IMG/VR virus record: IMGVR_UViG_3300046007_007030
Length of the DNA stretch: 64,000 bases
Reading direction: 5' to 3' (one strand)
Origin: a virus
Shown in pieces: positions 19,364 through 29,760 of this stretch. The translations under genes were made by a program, and so were the position numbers. The stretch's first letter is position 1; each line of letters opens with the position of its first letter. Under the pieces are notes generated by a model that saw only the letters and a list, made by a program, of their open reading frames with translations, was not told the origin of the DNA and ran no database searches.

Positions 19364-20404
19364 CTAAATCTTCTTCCAGCGTTGTAGGGCGAGCTTGGCC
19401 TGAAGGCCGCGATGTGTAGACCGGTGTATTAGATCCAAGACGTTCCGACGACTCATACCGGACATGATCATTTCATTTATATCCTTGTGGGGAACGTCTT
19501 CGAGGATGCAGACACGACGGTTGCTGTCTATGTATGCTTGCATCTGTTTGACGATGTCCTTGTTCCGAGGCTCATTGTCGAAAAAATAAATGGTATCATT
19601 ACTCAGCGGCAGAGCAGATAAGTCCGCGGAGCTACCCGCCAGAGCTATGCAGTTCGGCAGGAATAAGGAGTCGATCGGTCCCTCGACCACGATGACTTCT
19701 TTCTTGAAGTCCACTCTATCCAAGCCGAATACCTTAGGCGCTTCTTCCTTGAACTTGATGGTGACGTACCTCAGCTTGGCGTCTTTCTCCAGAGACCTGC
19801 CAGTGCAGCCGGTGACGTATCCATTCTGGTCCACGAACGGGAGCACGAGCCTGCCCTCGTCTTTCTCGAGAGTCTGCGCCGAGAACTTGTCGGGGATGTA
19901 GTGATTGACCCAGGTGTAGAACTTCGGACACCAGTACAGGAAGTAGTGAGTGTCGGTCGGTATCTTCCGAGACTCGACGTACTGTCTGCACTTGTGATCG
20001 AATGGGAGTTGGGATACTTTCTTGAGAGTCTTCAGTGGCTCGAACTTGTCAGTCCTGCGCTTGTCGAACTTCTCTATCTGGTGCTCGAACTTGGTGGCAG
20101 GCTTAGAAGAGAAGCCGTGCTCCTTGAGCCACTCCATGTTGTACTGCTCGAAGAGAGTCAGGTCGACCTCTCTCAAGAAGTTCTTGAACTTGGTCGACTT
20201 GCCGCAGTTGTGGCACTTGTACCAGAAAGTGCCCTTGTACTCAAAGACGTAGCCTCGAGCCTTCGACTTACTCTTCTTAGAGTCGCCGCATATCGGACAC
20301 CTGAAGTTGTATTGAGTCTTGCCGACCTTCTTGAATCGGTCTAGGCGAAAGGACAGGAGGTTGACGTACTTCTCGTCAAGCCATGTAGAATTGGTCGTTA
20401 ACAT
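19364..20404 (-). CDS. 61: DNA primase gp61
   Basis: Zn finger 'FRCPICGDS...KCHNC', TOPRIM 'VEGPIDS', 'DNEPRN', 'KDINEM'. Confidence 0.96.
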   Translation of the reverse strand: MLTTNSTWLDEKYVNLLSFRLDRFKKVGKTQYNFRCPICGDSKKSKSKARGYVFEYKGTFWYKCHNCGKSTKFKNFLREVDLTLFEQYNMEWLKEHGFSSKPATKFEHQIEKFDKRRTDKFEPLKTLKKVSQLPFDHKCRQYVESRKIPTDTHYFLYWCPKFYTWVNHYIPDKFSAQTLEKDEGRLVLPFVDQNGYVTGCTGRSLEKDAKLRYVTIKFKEEAPKVFGLDRVDFKKEVIVVEGPIDSLFLPNCIALAGSSADLSALPLSNDTIYFFDNEPRNKDIVKQMQAYIDSNRRVCILEDVPHKDINEMIMSGMSRRNVLDLIHRSTHRGLQAKLALQRWKKI

Positions 20405-20440
20405 AAGCTAGCCTCATTTGCGCTAGCACCATTATACACA

Positions 20441-20881
20441 CTATGGTATAAAAGTAAACAGTTTACTGAAGTCTACTTTAGAGGCGAGCAGCGAGGCCGC
20501 GATCGCTCCTCCCACGACAGTCCACTTCCACTTCTCGATGGCGTGCATTCTCGTAGACAGATCTTCGTAGTGCTCTTCTTCTTTAGCCGAGAGTTTATTC
20601 AGAGTCTCTACTATTTTTTTGATCTCGTCGTTCATCTTCTCAACGATCTCTTCTGTTTTCTTTTCCTGATAAGTCAGCCTCTGTTCATGTACTACCGCCA
20701 ACTTCTCGAGAGAAGCAGAAACATCTGAGAGTTTGTCAATCGTCAAGTCAAACTTAGCGATCAAACCGTTGTACTGGCTGACCTCTCTCTCCAAGAGAGC
20801 GACCTTCGTTGATAGCTCAGGGTCTAAGTGATTTATTTCTTTTTCTAAGAGAGCTATCTTCGTCTGCAAGTCTTCAGTCAT
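20441..20881 (-). CDS. Coiled-coil protein with C-terminal TM helix (possible holin-like)
   Basis: Heptad repeats then 'IEKWKWTVVGGAIA'. Confidence 0.65.
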   Translation of the reverse strand: MTEDLQTKIALLEKEINHLDPELSTKVALLEREVSQYNGLIAKFDLTIDKLSDVSASLEKLAVVHEQRLTYQEKKTEEIVEKMNDEIKKIVETLNKLSAKEEEHYEDLSTRMHAIEKWKWTVVGGAIAASLLASKVDFSKLFTFIP

Positions 20882-21104
20882 TGGTGCTCTCCTCGATCCA
20901 CTCCCTGAATCCCATGAGAGACTTCAGTGCACTCCTCTTGAGAGGAGCTTCCGGGTCGGTGATGATGACGCGCTTCTTTCTCTTAGGAGGTACGCCAGGC
21001 TCGGCGAACTTCTTAGACTCCGGCGTAGTAGGATCCGCTCCGGTCGGTGCCGCGCCCATGCCGGCGGCTGCTCCCACTCCTACCATCTCTCTTAATCTAG
21101 TCAT
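20874..21104 (-). CDS. Hypothetical (possible head protein)
   Basis: ORF in late cluster. Confidence 0.6.
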   Translation of the reverse strand: MTRLREMVGVGAAAGMGAAPTGADPTTPESKKFAEPGVPPKRKKRVIITDPEAPLKRSALKSLMGFREWIEESTND

Positions 21105-21487
21105 AGATCTCTGAGCCTCTTCTCTATCTCAGGATCCATCGGAATCCCGGCCGTGTAGTGATTAGTACCGTCGATGTTCTCTACTATGTCTGGCAATATG
21201 CTCAAGAATACTAAGAAGGGCTTCACATAAGACTCCATGCCCTCCAGTTTCAAGAATATCATCCTCACAGTAGCCATCGGGCCAAACACGTTATTCAGCG
21301 CTATGACATGATTCAAGATCAATCGTTCTTTGAGGTCGCCTCGTTTGACGTACCTGTTGAGTAGTCTCTTTATGTACTTGAATCGCTTCAAGTCCTCGTA
21401 GAACTCGGCCGTGTCGTAGCACTGTGGATTATCGTAGTACTTCGCGGCGTATAATAAGAAGTTGGACTCGTCTAAGCGATCAGTCAT
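21101..21487 (-). CDS. Conserved T4-like hypothetical protein
   Basis: 'YDNPQC...FYEDLKRFKYIKRLL...ERLILNH...NVFG'. Confidence 0.8.
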   Translation of the reverse strand: MTDRLDESNFLLYAAKYYDNPQCYDTAEFYEDLKRFKYIKRLLNRYVKRGDLKERLILNHVIALNNVFGPMATVRMIFLKLEGMESYVKPFLVFLSILPDIVENIDGTNHYTAGIPMDPEIEKRLRDL

Positions 21488-21496
21488 AAAAATAAA

Positions 21497-21772
21497 TTAC
21501 CACGACGTCGTGATCGAAGTCCTTACCCAAGTATTTGCCGCAGTACATATGTAGAGATAAGTGCTATTGGCTATAATCTGCCCGCGAGTACCGACAGCGG
21601 TATTAGAAGCGGGGGCCGCACCGACGGTCACGATACCCTTGAAGAGGTTCGTGACCGTGATCTTATTAGAGGTGGGAACACCTGACGGGTCTTTGACGAC
21701 GTAAAGCAAGTCGGTATTAGCCGCCGACGTGGTCGCATCGAGCTCAGTGATCTTCTTAGTTGTAGTAGCCAT
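21497..21772 (-). CDS. Small virion structural protein (fibre/decoration-like)
   Basis: 'KKITEL', 'GQI....YLYICTAANTWVR' fibre-tip-like motif. Confidence 0.6.
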   Translation of the reverse strand: MATTTKKITELDATTSAANTDLLYVVKDPSGVPTSNKITVTNLFKGIVTVGAAPASNTAVGTRGQIIANSTYLYICTAANTWVRTSITTSW

Positions 21773-21793
21773 GTGTTCCCACTCTCAGTTTGT

Positions 21794-22438
21794 TTACGAG
21801 GTGATCGTAAGGACGGCGTTGCCAGAGTTGACGTTCGCCGCGCCTGTAGCGCCGACCTGTACGCGATAGATCTTGCCGTTGAGAGACGGCGAGGTGTTCG
21901 CGAGGATCGACAGGGTAGCAGTCGTGGAGTTGCTGTAAGAACCACCACTGACGTTGGCGAACGACGAACCGCCCCAGAGCTGCCACTGATAGGTGATGGT
22001 AGCGCCCGACGGCACCGAGGCAGCGACGACGCTGATGTTGGTGATGTCGTTGTTGGTCGAGTTACCAGAAGCGTTAGCCGGCTGCGTGGTGATGTTGAGC
22101 ATGTAGTCCGGAATGACAGTGTCGTCAGAGCCGTCTTGTGCGATAGTCTTCATCGCAACGAGAGTCTCGTTCTGTACGCGACCTGCACGATTGCCAGAGC
22201 CGACGGTGCGAAGCACCCATCCGGCGTGAGTGACCTTGGTGTTGGCACCGCCGCGGAGAGCCTGAGCTTCCTGACCACTGACGCCGAACTGACCGACTGT
22301 GATGCCAGTGATGAAAGCGTCTGCGGTGGTGTTCGTGTATAGGTTTGCCTGATTAACAGTATTCGGAGTCAACTTGACTTGAGTAGTTGCCCAGAGTACT
22401 GAATTTGCAGCATCATCGGTATTACCCCAATTAGCCAT
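21794..22438 (-). CDS. Virion structural protein with Ig-like C-terminal domain
   Basis: 'HAGWVLRT..RAGRVQNETLVAM'; 'ITTQP...TYQWQ...YRVQV'. Confidence 0.7.
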   Translation of the reverse strand: MANWGNTDDAANSVLWATTQVKLTPNTVNQANLYTNTTADAFITGITVGQFGVSGQEAQALRGGANTKVTHAGWVLRTVGSGNRAGRVQNETLVAMKTIAQDGSDDTVIPDYMLNITTQPANASGNSTNNDITNISVVAASVPSGATITYQWQLWGGSSFANVSGGSYSNSTTATLSILANTSPSLNGKIYRVQVGATGAANVNSGNAVLTITS

Positions 22439-23053
22439 TAGTAGTTACTCCTGTTGGTTGTTATTCTCATTCTTTCATATCACGATGAAACTTTGAATTG
22501 CTCTGTAGAATGAAGCTGTTTCTGGTCGACACCAGCTTTGGTTCGTTGAAGATCTCTACTTGATCTTGAGGCGGCTTCTTCGGCTCTGCCTTGACGACTT
22601 CGACCGCTGGCGTGAACTTCTTGCCGCCGATGATTATCGTATTAGCCTTTATTGTCATGCGCAAACTCGACCAGTTTCCTAGCTAACTGTCTCATAGGAG
22701 AGACAGACTCGTCCACGTCTATGCGACGCGGCTTGATCTTATTGACTCGAGCCCTGCGCTCGATCGTCTCTTTGTCGCCGGGCTTGAGCTTCATCTTCTC
22801 GTAGGGAGTGCCCTTGACGTTGTCTCTTACCGGAAAGTCGGTCACTTCAACTTTTCCTGAGCTACCTTCGCGGCTTCCCTAGCGAAGCTAGGTCCCTTCA
22901 CGCGATTAGCGTAGTCTGCAACTTGCTGAGGGGTGTTCTTACCCCCAGCGATGGCCTCGTCCACGAAGCCGTTGACTTTCTTCTCATGAGACTGCTTCAT
23001 CACGCTCGTGATGTCGTTGAGTACGGACTTTGGTCCGTCGAATAGACTCGGCA

Positions 23054-23407
23054 TTACTTCACCCTTCCCTTGTTCTCGTCGTGCATCATGACGTCGTGTA
23101 CTGTACTGATGTAGTCGCTGGCCAGAGAGATCTTCGTCTGGATCCAGGCCTCGAGTTGCTCCTCTTCACCGAGGGAGTCTGCCATCTGCTTGGCCTTCTC
23201 AGCCATCGCGAGGAGCTGAGTCTTGGCCATGCCACCCTCGTAGTCTCTCTCTTCCTTGACGGGCTTCTCTTCCTTCGGGGGCTCCTGAAGCTTGTCGACT
23301 GCCTTGTTGACTCGCTTCTGCCAGTCGTCGAGCATCTTCTTACCCGCCGACTTGCGACCTTCCACGAGAGAAGTCTTGATCTGTGACTCCAGTGACTTGT
23401 ACGTCAT
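23054..23407 (-). CDS. Hypothetical head-associated protein
   Basis: 'DYEGGMAKTQL...LEAWIQTKISLA.DYI'. Confidence 0.65.
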   Translation of the reverse strand: MTYKSLESQIKTSLVEGRKSAGKKMLDDWQKRVNKAVDKLQEPPKEEKPVKEERDYEGGMAKTQLLAMAEKAKQMADSLGEEEQLEAWIQTKISLASDYISTVHDVMMHDENKGRVK

Positions 23408-23408
23408 C

Positions 23409-23846
23409 TTACACCTTTAGTGTTGACTTGAGCATCCAACCGTGCTTGGCGTGGATGTCGATCCTGTCTTGCAGGAAGTTAGCGAGGCCGTAGACCTTCT
23501 GCTTCTCGGCCTCGAGGAATGCGGCCTTCAGCGTCTCCATGACCTTGTCGTTGTCGTCCTTTAGCTTAGACACCATCGCCACAGCGGCAGGAATGGAGGT
23601 CTCGTCATCAACGGTGGCCAGCTGACCGAATCGAGTGAACGAGCCTGGCGCGTATGCGTCGAGCGTACGGATCTGCTCGGCGATGGCGTCGGTGGCCAGC
23701 CACAGCTCATTGTAGATGCCTCCAAAGAAGGCGTGCATCTCGTTGAAGTTTGGACCGATCACATTCCAATGAAACATGTGAGCCTTCAGGTACATGGCGA
23801 AGGTGTCAGCGAGGACTACCTTCATCTTTTCGACTAGCTCTTCCAT
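23409..23846 (-). CDS. dps: Dps ferritin-like DNA-protection protein
   Basis: 'KAHMFHWNVIGPNF..H', 'DAIAEQIR', 'H.KHGWML'. Confidence 0.93.
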   Translation of the reverse strand: MEELVEKMKVVLADTFAMYLKAHMFHWNVIGPNFNEMHAFFGGIYNELWLATDAIAEQIRTLDAYAPGSFTRFGQLATVDDETSIPAAVAMVSKLKDDNDKVMETLKAAFLEAEKQKVYGLANFLQDRIDIHAKHGWMLKSTLKV

Positions 23847-23865
23847 TCTATTCCTCTCTCAATAT

Positions 23866-25041
23866 TTACCAAGCTCTGCAAGACCAGTACTTGGCCTTCC
23901 ACTTCGGACCGGGGTTGACGTCGCAGCCGTGACGGGCGCGGAATGACTTACGGGCAGCGGGATTGCTCTTACGAATCCTCATGTTCGGATCGCCGAAGCG
24001 AACCTTGACTACGTTGCCCTTCGAGTTCTTCACATAGACGGCACGCTTCTTGTTCTCACCTGGAGTAAGGAACGGCTTGTTGAGCGACACCTTGCGGCCT
24101 CCACTTTCTGCTTCTTCCTTGACGCAGTTCGGTACAGGATTACCGTTTCTGCCCTTCTTCATGCCCTCCATCCTATATCCGGTCCAGCACGGACCCTTCT
24201 TCTCGTGAATGACGGCGTATACCTCGACTTCCTCGGACTCTTCACCCCAGTCCTCGTACTCTACGTCTTCTTCTAGGTTGAAGAACTCCTCGGCGTAGCC
24301 GAGCTCCAGCTCCTCCACGAACTCCGAGAATGACTTTATGGAGTCTTCCTCGCGCAGGTCCTTGTCGGCGCCGTGATATGTACCCTTGCCCTTGGTGATG
24401 TACGAGTTGACTCTGGCCATGCCCCACTGCTGAGGAGTGGTTCCCGGCCTGTGACCGGTCCTCCAAGCGGCGACGCCCCTCTTATACACGGTCCTCAGGG
24501 TACCTAGGGAGACGCCAGACGACTTGGCCTTCTTAGCAAGAGCGCTGCCGGCCTCCTCGTCGATCATCTCTTCCTCGAGCTCGACTTCCTCACCGAACTT
24601 GGCGCGATACGCCTTCGTGTGCTTAGACTCCTTCGTCTTAGCATTGGCGTCGCCCGGCGCAGGCTCGTAGGCAGCCGGATCTTTCGTATCCATCTTGGAC
24701 GTCTTGGCCCAATGCGCCTTGCGTGCAGCTACGGTAGACTTTGATAGACCCTTGTAGTAGGCCTTGTTCTCGGAGATATAGTCGCCAAAGAATTGATCGA
24801 AGTGTGACACGATTCCACCTTTTCCACCTGGTCTGTAGGCGGCAGCTCCTGGATCGCTGGCTACTGACAGGTAGTTGATGTTTGGAGGGTTGATGACTAT
24901 CTCTACGCGGTTCTTGCCCTTGCCGACGGTAACAGTACCCTGAGGTATGTTCACCTTCTGCTGGTTGGCCGGCTTCTGTGAGTCGTCACCCTTATTCGGG
25001 ATCTTCTCTGAGGCGCCCTGGTCTTGCTTTGCGTCTGCCAT
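23866..25041 (-). CDS. Multi-domain probable internal head protein
   Basis: Basic domains separated by Glu-rich linkers; late promoter CATAAATA near 25070. Confidence 0.75.
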   Translation of the reverse strand: MADAKQDQGASEKIPNKGDDSQKPANQQKVNIPQGTVTVGKGKNRVEIVINPPNINYLSVASDPGAAAYRPGGKGGIVSHFDQFFGDYISENKAYYKGLSKSTVAARKAHWAKTSKMDTKDPAAYEPAPGDANAKTKESKHTKAYRAKFGEEVELEEEMIDEEAGSALAKKAKSSGVSLGTLRTVYKRGVAAWRTGHRPGTTPQQWGMARVNSYITKGKGTYHGADKDLREEDSIKSFSEFVEELELGYAEEFFNLEEDVEYEDWGEESEEVEVYAVIHEKKGPCWTGYRMEGMKKGRNGNPVPNCVKEEAESGGRKVSLNKPFLTPGENKKRAVYVKNSKGNVVKVRFGDPNMRIRKSNPAARKSFRARHGCDVNPGPKWKAKYWSCRAW

Positions 25042-25091
25042 CTCTAAACCTTTGATTCTACTAGTACTGTATTTATGCTATAAGAATGTCT

Positions 25092-26576
25092 TCATCTCTT
25101 GACTTTTAACTTACCGGACTCTATGGCCTTCTTAATCCTATCAGCGTGACGAGCAGCTTCTTGCCTACTAAACATTGGACCGAGATGACGGTGTACTTCT
25201 TCTACGTCTCCCTTAGAAGACGCAGTCCTCAGGTTAGTGCCCGACATACCATGAGAGCGATCACTGTCTTCCGGATGATGTATTTGGATCTCATCAAACT
25301 TTTTCTCTCCCATCTCCTTGATCTTACCAGCCTCGAGGGACTTCTTTAGACCATGCGCCCAATCGGCGCGATCGTGACCAACTAAGAGATGGAGTACCTT
25401 GCGACCACCCTCTGGCAACGAGTCGTGTGCTGCTCTGATAGTCTCACCGGCAGACCCGACTACGTGAGTAGCTACTTTCTTCTTTCCACCCCACTGTCTG
25501 GCGAGTATGTCGGCCCTCTCTTTAGGAGAGTAGACGTCTGACTTAGCAGAGATGCCGACGTGTTTAGTGCCCGGTAGCTTCGCCATCGCTCCACCGAGGT
25601 CCTTAGCGTGACCCATGTGAGAGATAGGCGAGAATCCAGTCAGCGGCACTACTGAGGTGTGATGTGTCTCTTCAGCTTCTTCATTGATCGGATTCTGAAT
25701 ACCAAGAGTCTTACCGATGTGAGCGATGGCCTTGCTATGATCAGCTCCTTTCATCTTAGACACCGAGTCGGCGAACTTCTGATAGATGGCTGCGTGATGG
25801 TCAGGATGGACGTGATCTCTGATGAGTTCGGACAGTCCCTGGAATGAGTGAACCTTAGAAGCGTCTGCTTTTGGACCGAACAGAGCGCCAGTCACTTCGC
25901 TCGGATCAGATATGCCAGGATCGTCTTTAGCCGAGTCGCGCGAGCGCAAACCGTGAGTGATGGAGAACTTCTGATTGTTGGCCGAGGCGATGGCATTGAG
26001 GAGTACTTTATGATGAAGTCCCTTGATACCACGCTGACGATCTGAGAAGTTGGCGCTGTGCAAGAACTGCTCGCCAGGTGTAGGCTCGCCGGTCTTAGGA
26101 TCTGTGTGAACACCCTCGAAGTCGAACTGGTGATGCTCGCCGTTCTCGTGCTTCATTACTGCCGAGACTTCATTACCGTGCTTCTTGGTGCCGACGACCA
26201 TGTACTTACCGATGAGACGACCTGGGAACAGGAACTTCGCCATCTGATTCTTGTGATCGTGATGCATCTGGGCATCGACGTCGCCAGTAGTCGGCATCGC
26301 ATCAGCGACTGCCTTGTGCGGCAAGTTTTCGTCCATGAGCGAGCGCGTAGATCCGGCGTATGTAGAACCACTGCTCAGACCGGACTTTTTCTTGCCGAAT
26401 AGGTGCTCGCCCGTCTCTTTATGGAACTGGTCGTGTAGGTCAGAAAGAGCGCCGTGGATGTCGGCTTGACGCTGAGACCTGTTTCGAGCCGTCACAACGA
26501 ATGGAGCAGCAGATCCACCCTCGACAGATATATTGCCACCCTCGGCTAAGAGGAACTGTCCGAACGTCTTAATCAT
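25092..26576 (-). CDS. Probable internal head protein: N-terminal nucleotidyltransferase-like domain (GS...GDVD) plus C-terminal cytidylyltransferase-like domain (HxGH)
   Basis: 'MIKTFGQFLLAE' leader; 'GFSPISHMGH', 'LVGHDR', 'GMSGTNLR'. Confidence 0.7.
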   Translation of the reverse strand: MIKTFGQFLLAEGGNISVEGGSAAPFVVTARNRSQRQADIHGALSDLHDQFHKETGEHLFGKKKSGLSSGSTYAGSTRSLMDENLPHKAVADAMPTTGDVDAQMHHDHKNQMAKFLFPGRLIGKYMVVGTKKHGNEVSAVMKHENGEHHQFDFEGVHTDPKTGEPTPGEQFLHSANFSDRQRGIKGLHHKVLLNAIASANNQKFSITHGLRSRDSAKDDPGISDPSEVTGALFGPKADASKVHSFQGLSELIRDHVHPDHHAAIYQKFADSVSKMKGADHSKAIAHIGKTLGIQNPINEEAEETHHTSVVPLTGFSPISHMGHAKDLGGAMAKLPGTKHVGISAKSDVYSPKERADILARQWGGKKKVATHVVGSAGETIRAAHDSLPEGGRKVLHLLVGHDRADWAHGLKKSLEAGKIKEMGEKKFDEIQIHHPEDSDRSHGMSGTNLRTASSKGDVEEVHRHLGPMFSRQEAARHADRIKKAIESGKLKVKR

Positions 26577-27543
26577 TATTCGCATTCCTCTTCTTGAAAG
26601 TCGGGTTCTCTTTCTCCGCCGCCTTGTACTTTCTGAAGCCCTCTGACGTGACTTTGAAGCGAGGAGCATTTGAACCTTCGGGTGGATGGATGACCACTCC
26701 CTCAGACCCGCTACCCCACTTAGGAGTGATGTTGAGAGTCCTGACGTGAGCGTCTACTTTGTCTGACACTCTCTTCCTGATCTCGTCGAGCTTAGCCGTC
26801 TCGGCGGCCTTAGCTTCCTTGTTCTTCGGAATAGTGCGAGTGTTGAGAAGGTCGCGATTTATTCCCTTCATCATCTCTCGCTCGTCAGACACATCGACCG
26901 CGGTCGGCGGGGTATCGATCTTGTCGTCATCGAAGTTGATGTCATTGTTGCCAGCATTCTTGATGGCCTCGAGGTTGTGAAACTTGTTCTCTGGAAGTTG
27001 CGAATGGACGACGATCTTACCAACCCGTCCTATATGAGACGGGTCGTAAGAAGTACCAACGAATTTGACTTCGCCTTTCTTATCTTCCGAGGGGCGACCA
27101 AACGGAGTATAGAATAACTCGCCGCGGATCTTAGACTCGCCGCCTTCTTTAGCGGCCTGACTCTTTAGATAGGCCATGAGCTTCTTGTTCTTCATCAGCG
27201 TGTCATGCGCGTGATCGAACATGTTAGATCCAGTGAGATCGAGAGGCTTACCCGTCTCTTGAGACCTGCGAGTAGCGCGAGCAGCGTAGTCACCTGGCAT
27301 CCTCATCTTCTCATTGCCTGAGCCAGAAGACTGAGTGTAGAAGCCGTCTTTGTCCCAGCCCATCATGTGAGTAGAGCCGTCGGTCTTCTCAGTCTTATTA
27401 GACATGTTTATCCTGCCTGAATTTAGCAGATTATGCAGGTCGTCGTGATGCATCGTGAGGATGTGCGGGAGACCCTGACGGATACCCTCAGTCAGGTAAG
27501 TGGACTCTATTAAAAACTCAGTGAATGATAGCATATTACTCAT
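26569..27543 (-). CDS. Probable internal head protein with ATP-dependent ligase-like motifs
   Basis: 'MLSFTEFLIE' leader; 'TEKTDGS' (KxDG), 'RGELFY', 'SEGVVI', 'RFKV'. Confidence 0.65.
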   Translation of the reverse strand: MSNMLSFTEFLIESTYLTEGIRQGLPHILTMHHDDLHNLLNSGRINMSNKTEKTDGSTHMMGWDKDGFYTQSSGSGNEKMRMPGDYAARATRRSQETGKPLDLTGSNMFDHAHDTLMKNKKLMAYLKSQAAKEGGESKIRGELFYTPFGRPSEDKKGEVKFVGTSYDPSHIGRVGKIVVHSQLPENKFHNLEAIKNAGNNDINFDDDKIDTPPTAVDVSDEREMMKGINRDLLNTRTIPKNKEAKAAETAKLDEIRKRVSDKVDAHVRTLNITPKWGSGSEGVVIHPPEGSNAPRFKVTSEGFRKYKAAEKENPTFKKRNANND

Positions 27544-28522
27544 GTCCTAATACTTTTTTCATCTTCTCAATGTCCTCGTCTTTGCCGAGGTGTGTATCAG
27601 ATTTATTAAGCTTTTTGATAGAGAATTGAACTGTCCTTGCATTGGCGTTGTCAGTCTTCTGTCTGACTCTAAATCTGCCGGAGCCCTGCATGGGAGAGAG
27701 ATTGAGCCCATGCCTATCTTTCTTCTCGCTGGCACCAGCTCGAAACGTACCGTGACTATCGACATGAAGAACGTCGACGTGGTGATCTCTTAAATATGCA
27801 TGTGCGGGTGAAAGGTCGGTATCATCAGAGTGAAAACCAGACTTGTTGGTAGTTCCGACACTGCCCTCGGTGTGATTGAGATGGTCTATGAGCGACCTCT
27901 TCTTGCCATCGGCGCCGGTGACTGTGGCTCTCTCGACGTGAGAGGCATACTCGGGTCTCCTCGCGCGGGCTTCGTCACTAATGTGCCATTTACCAGTTTT
28001 AGGGTGTCTGGTGAGAGTCAACTGACCGAAAGCAGTAGTCTTGATGTCAGACTTATGCTCACCAGCGACTTGTTGAGGATGACCTTCAGTTCCTCGAATT
28101 TTTTTAGCTTCTTTTTTTCTTTTATCAATTAGATGGAAGTCGTTTCCACCCGTAAATCCTGCGCCGCCGCCAGTCATAAGACCACTCTTAGAAAGCTTTG
28201 AGGCTAAAGCTCCCTCTTGTTCAAATCCTCTATTCGCGCGAGTGGTTGGTTTATTAAGCTTATTAGTTGGGACTTTAATTTTTTTACCATCGCTGCCGGA
28301 TACCGTCGCATGATGTACTCCGTCTTCTATACTATGACCGTGTATAGTGACTTTATCTCCAGCTTTTAAGTGACCTACATTAGATACTAGTTCGTGTGAT
28401 CCCTTAGCGTGTTTAGGACCCTTTGGAAGATATGGAGTAATATACTGCGCGGTATGCCTCTCGGCCGATTGACCGGAAGCTTTTATAGCGACTTCGGTGA
28501 TATATTGTATGAAAGAAAGCAT
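27536..28522 (-). CDS. Probable internal head protein, His/Lys-rich
   Basis: 'MLSFIQYITE' leader; late promoter GATAAATA near 28552; AT-richer DNA. Confidence 0.7.
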   Translation of the reverse strand: MLSFIQYITEVAIKASGQSAERHTAQYITPYLPKGPKHAKGSHELVSNVGHLKAGDKVTIHGHSIEDGVHHATVSGSDGKKIKVPTNKLNKPTTRANRGFEQEGALASKLSKSGLMTGGGAGFTGGNDFHLIDKRKKEAKKIRGTEGHPQQVAGEHKSDIKTTAFGQLTLTRHPKTGKWHISDEARARRPEYASHVERATVTGADGKKRSLIDHLNHTEGSVGTTNKSGFHSDDTDLSPAHAYLRDHHVDVLHVDSHGTFRAGASEKKDRHGLNLSPMQGSGRFRVRQKTDNANARTVQFSIKKLNKSDTHLGKDEDIEKMKKVLGHE

Positions 28523-28578
28523 AGCATGGCCCCGATTTGATTATCTTCTTCTATTTATCAAATCTGGCGGAGCTGCTA

Positions 28579-28860
28579 TCAGTTATCGACCGCCTTGTAG
28601 TGCAGCTTGCGGTCATAAGAACCGACCATGACATGTCTCTCATGCTGGTCAGCGGCGTACAGCAGGACTGTACGCATGCGGGGATGTTCGTTCAGGAGCC
28701 GAACTGCCAGTTCCTTGGCGGCTGCGAGGCTCGGTACATCGGCGGTCCTGTTCCATCCACCCCTCGGCGTGAAGCCAGAGACGGTGTAGGAAACTGCTTG
28801 CGCCAGAATCTCTTGGTTGTGGCGATCGACTGCTCGTTCTATCTTCATGTCATTCTCCAA
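28579..28860 (-). CDS. Hypothetical protein
   Basis: ORF with GGAG RBS. Confidence 0.6.
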   Translation of the reverse strand: MENDMKIERAVDRHNQEILAQAVSYTVSGFTPRGGWNRTADVPSLAAAKELAVRLLNEHPRMRTVLLYAADQHERHVMVGSYDRKLHYKAVDN

Positions 28861-28899
28861 ATGAAGATAGGGAGGATCGCTCCTCCCTATTTATGTTTC

Positions 28900-29118
28900 T
28901 TAGAGACCTATCGCTTTCTGAGTATACTTCAGGGTGCCTCCCTTGAAGTCGTCTCGGAGCCAGTCCTCGAGGATCTCGAACCTGATGGCCGCGTCTTGAT
29001 CTCCTGCGTCTAGGAGGTCTTCCTTGGCCGCTCGCACGAACTTGATGAGGCTGCCGAGGCTGACGTTCTCAGAGTCGTAGGCACCGGCCGCGTGAGTCTT
29101 GCCTGCTCGCTGGTTCAT
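28900..29118 (-). CDS. Hypothetical protein
   Basis: TAATG coupling. Confidence 0.6.
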   Translation of the reverse strand: MNQRAGKTHAAGAYDSENVSLGSLIKFVRAAKEDLLDAGDQDAAIRFEILEDWLRDDFKGGTLKYTQKAIGL

Positions 29119-29561
29119 TAGAGGTCCTCTTCAGGGGTGTAGTCGTCGTCATCGTAGGGTGGATCGGTGTCGACGCAGACGTCACCGAAGTAGATGAGAC
29201 CATCTTTGGAATAGGTCTCGAAGGGCTCTTTGAACTCGATCACCTGACCACCGCGAGTGAAATTGCCGTCAGCCTCGAGGTCCAGGTCTTCGATACGGGC
29301 GCAACCGATCAAGCCGGCGTCCACCGAGTACTCACGACCGTGATTGTCGAAATAGGTACCGTCACCCCACTTGGTGCCGTAGCAGGCGAACTGAGTCCCG
29401 TCCTTGAACTCCATCTCTCCCGAGAGCACGTGGGTGCCCGAGATCGTGACGTCGCAGAACTCGTCCCAACGCTCGTGCATCACGTAGCAGAGGTCACCGA
29501 CGTAGTAGGTACCAGCTGGCATAGTCATATCAGAAGTCCTCCGCATAAGAGCAGGTTTCAA
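29118..29561 (-). CDS. Conserved phage hypothetical protein
   Basis: 'YYVGDLCYVM...TKWGDG.Y...VDAGLIG'. Confidence 0.7.
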   Translation of the reverse strand: MKPALMRRTSDMTMPAGTYYVGDLCYVMHERWDEFCDVTISGTHVLSGEMEFKDGTQFACYGTKWGDGTYFDNHGREYSVDAGLIGCARIEDLDLEADGNFTRGGQVIEFKEPFETYSKDGLIYFGDVCVDTDPPYDDDDYTPEEDL

Positions 29562-29760
29562 ATCGATCCGAGTCGTCTAAGTCTTCCTCTACTTCTTCTT
29601 CGTCTGTCCAGCCCAAGGTCTCTGCCATCTGGCGGACTTCGCTCTCGGACATCCAGTTGAGGATCTCGAGGATGAGCTGATCCTTGTCGAAGCGTCCTTC
29701 CTTGACCATCTCGAGGATCGTGTTGGTGTATTCGCGTGCCATGATATTGTTCTCCAATTA

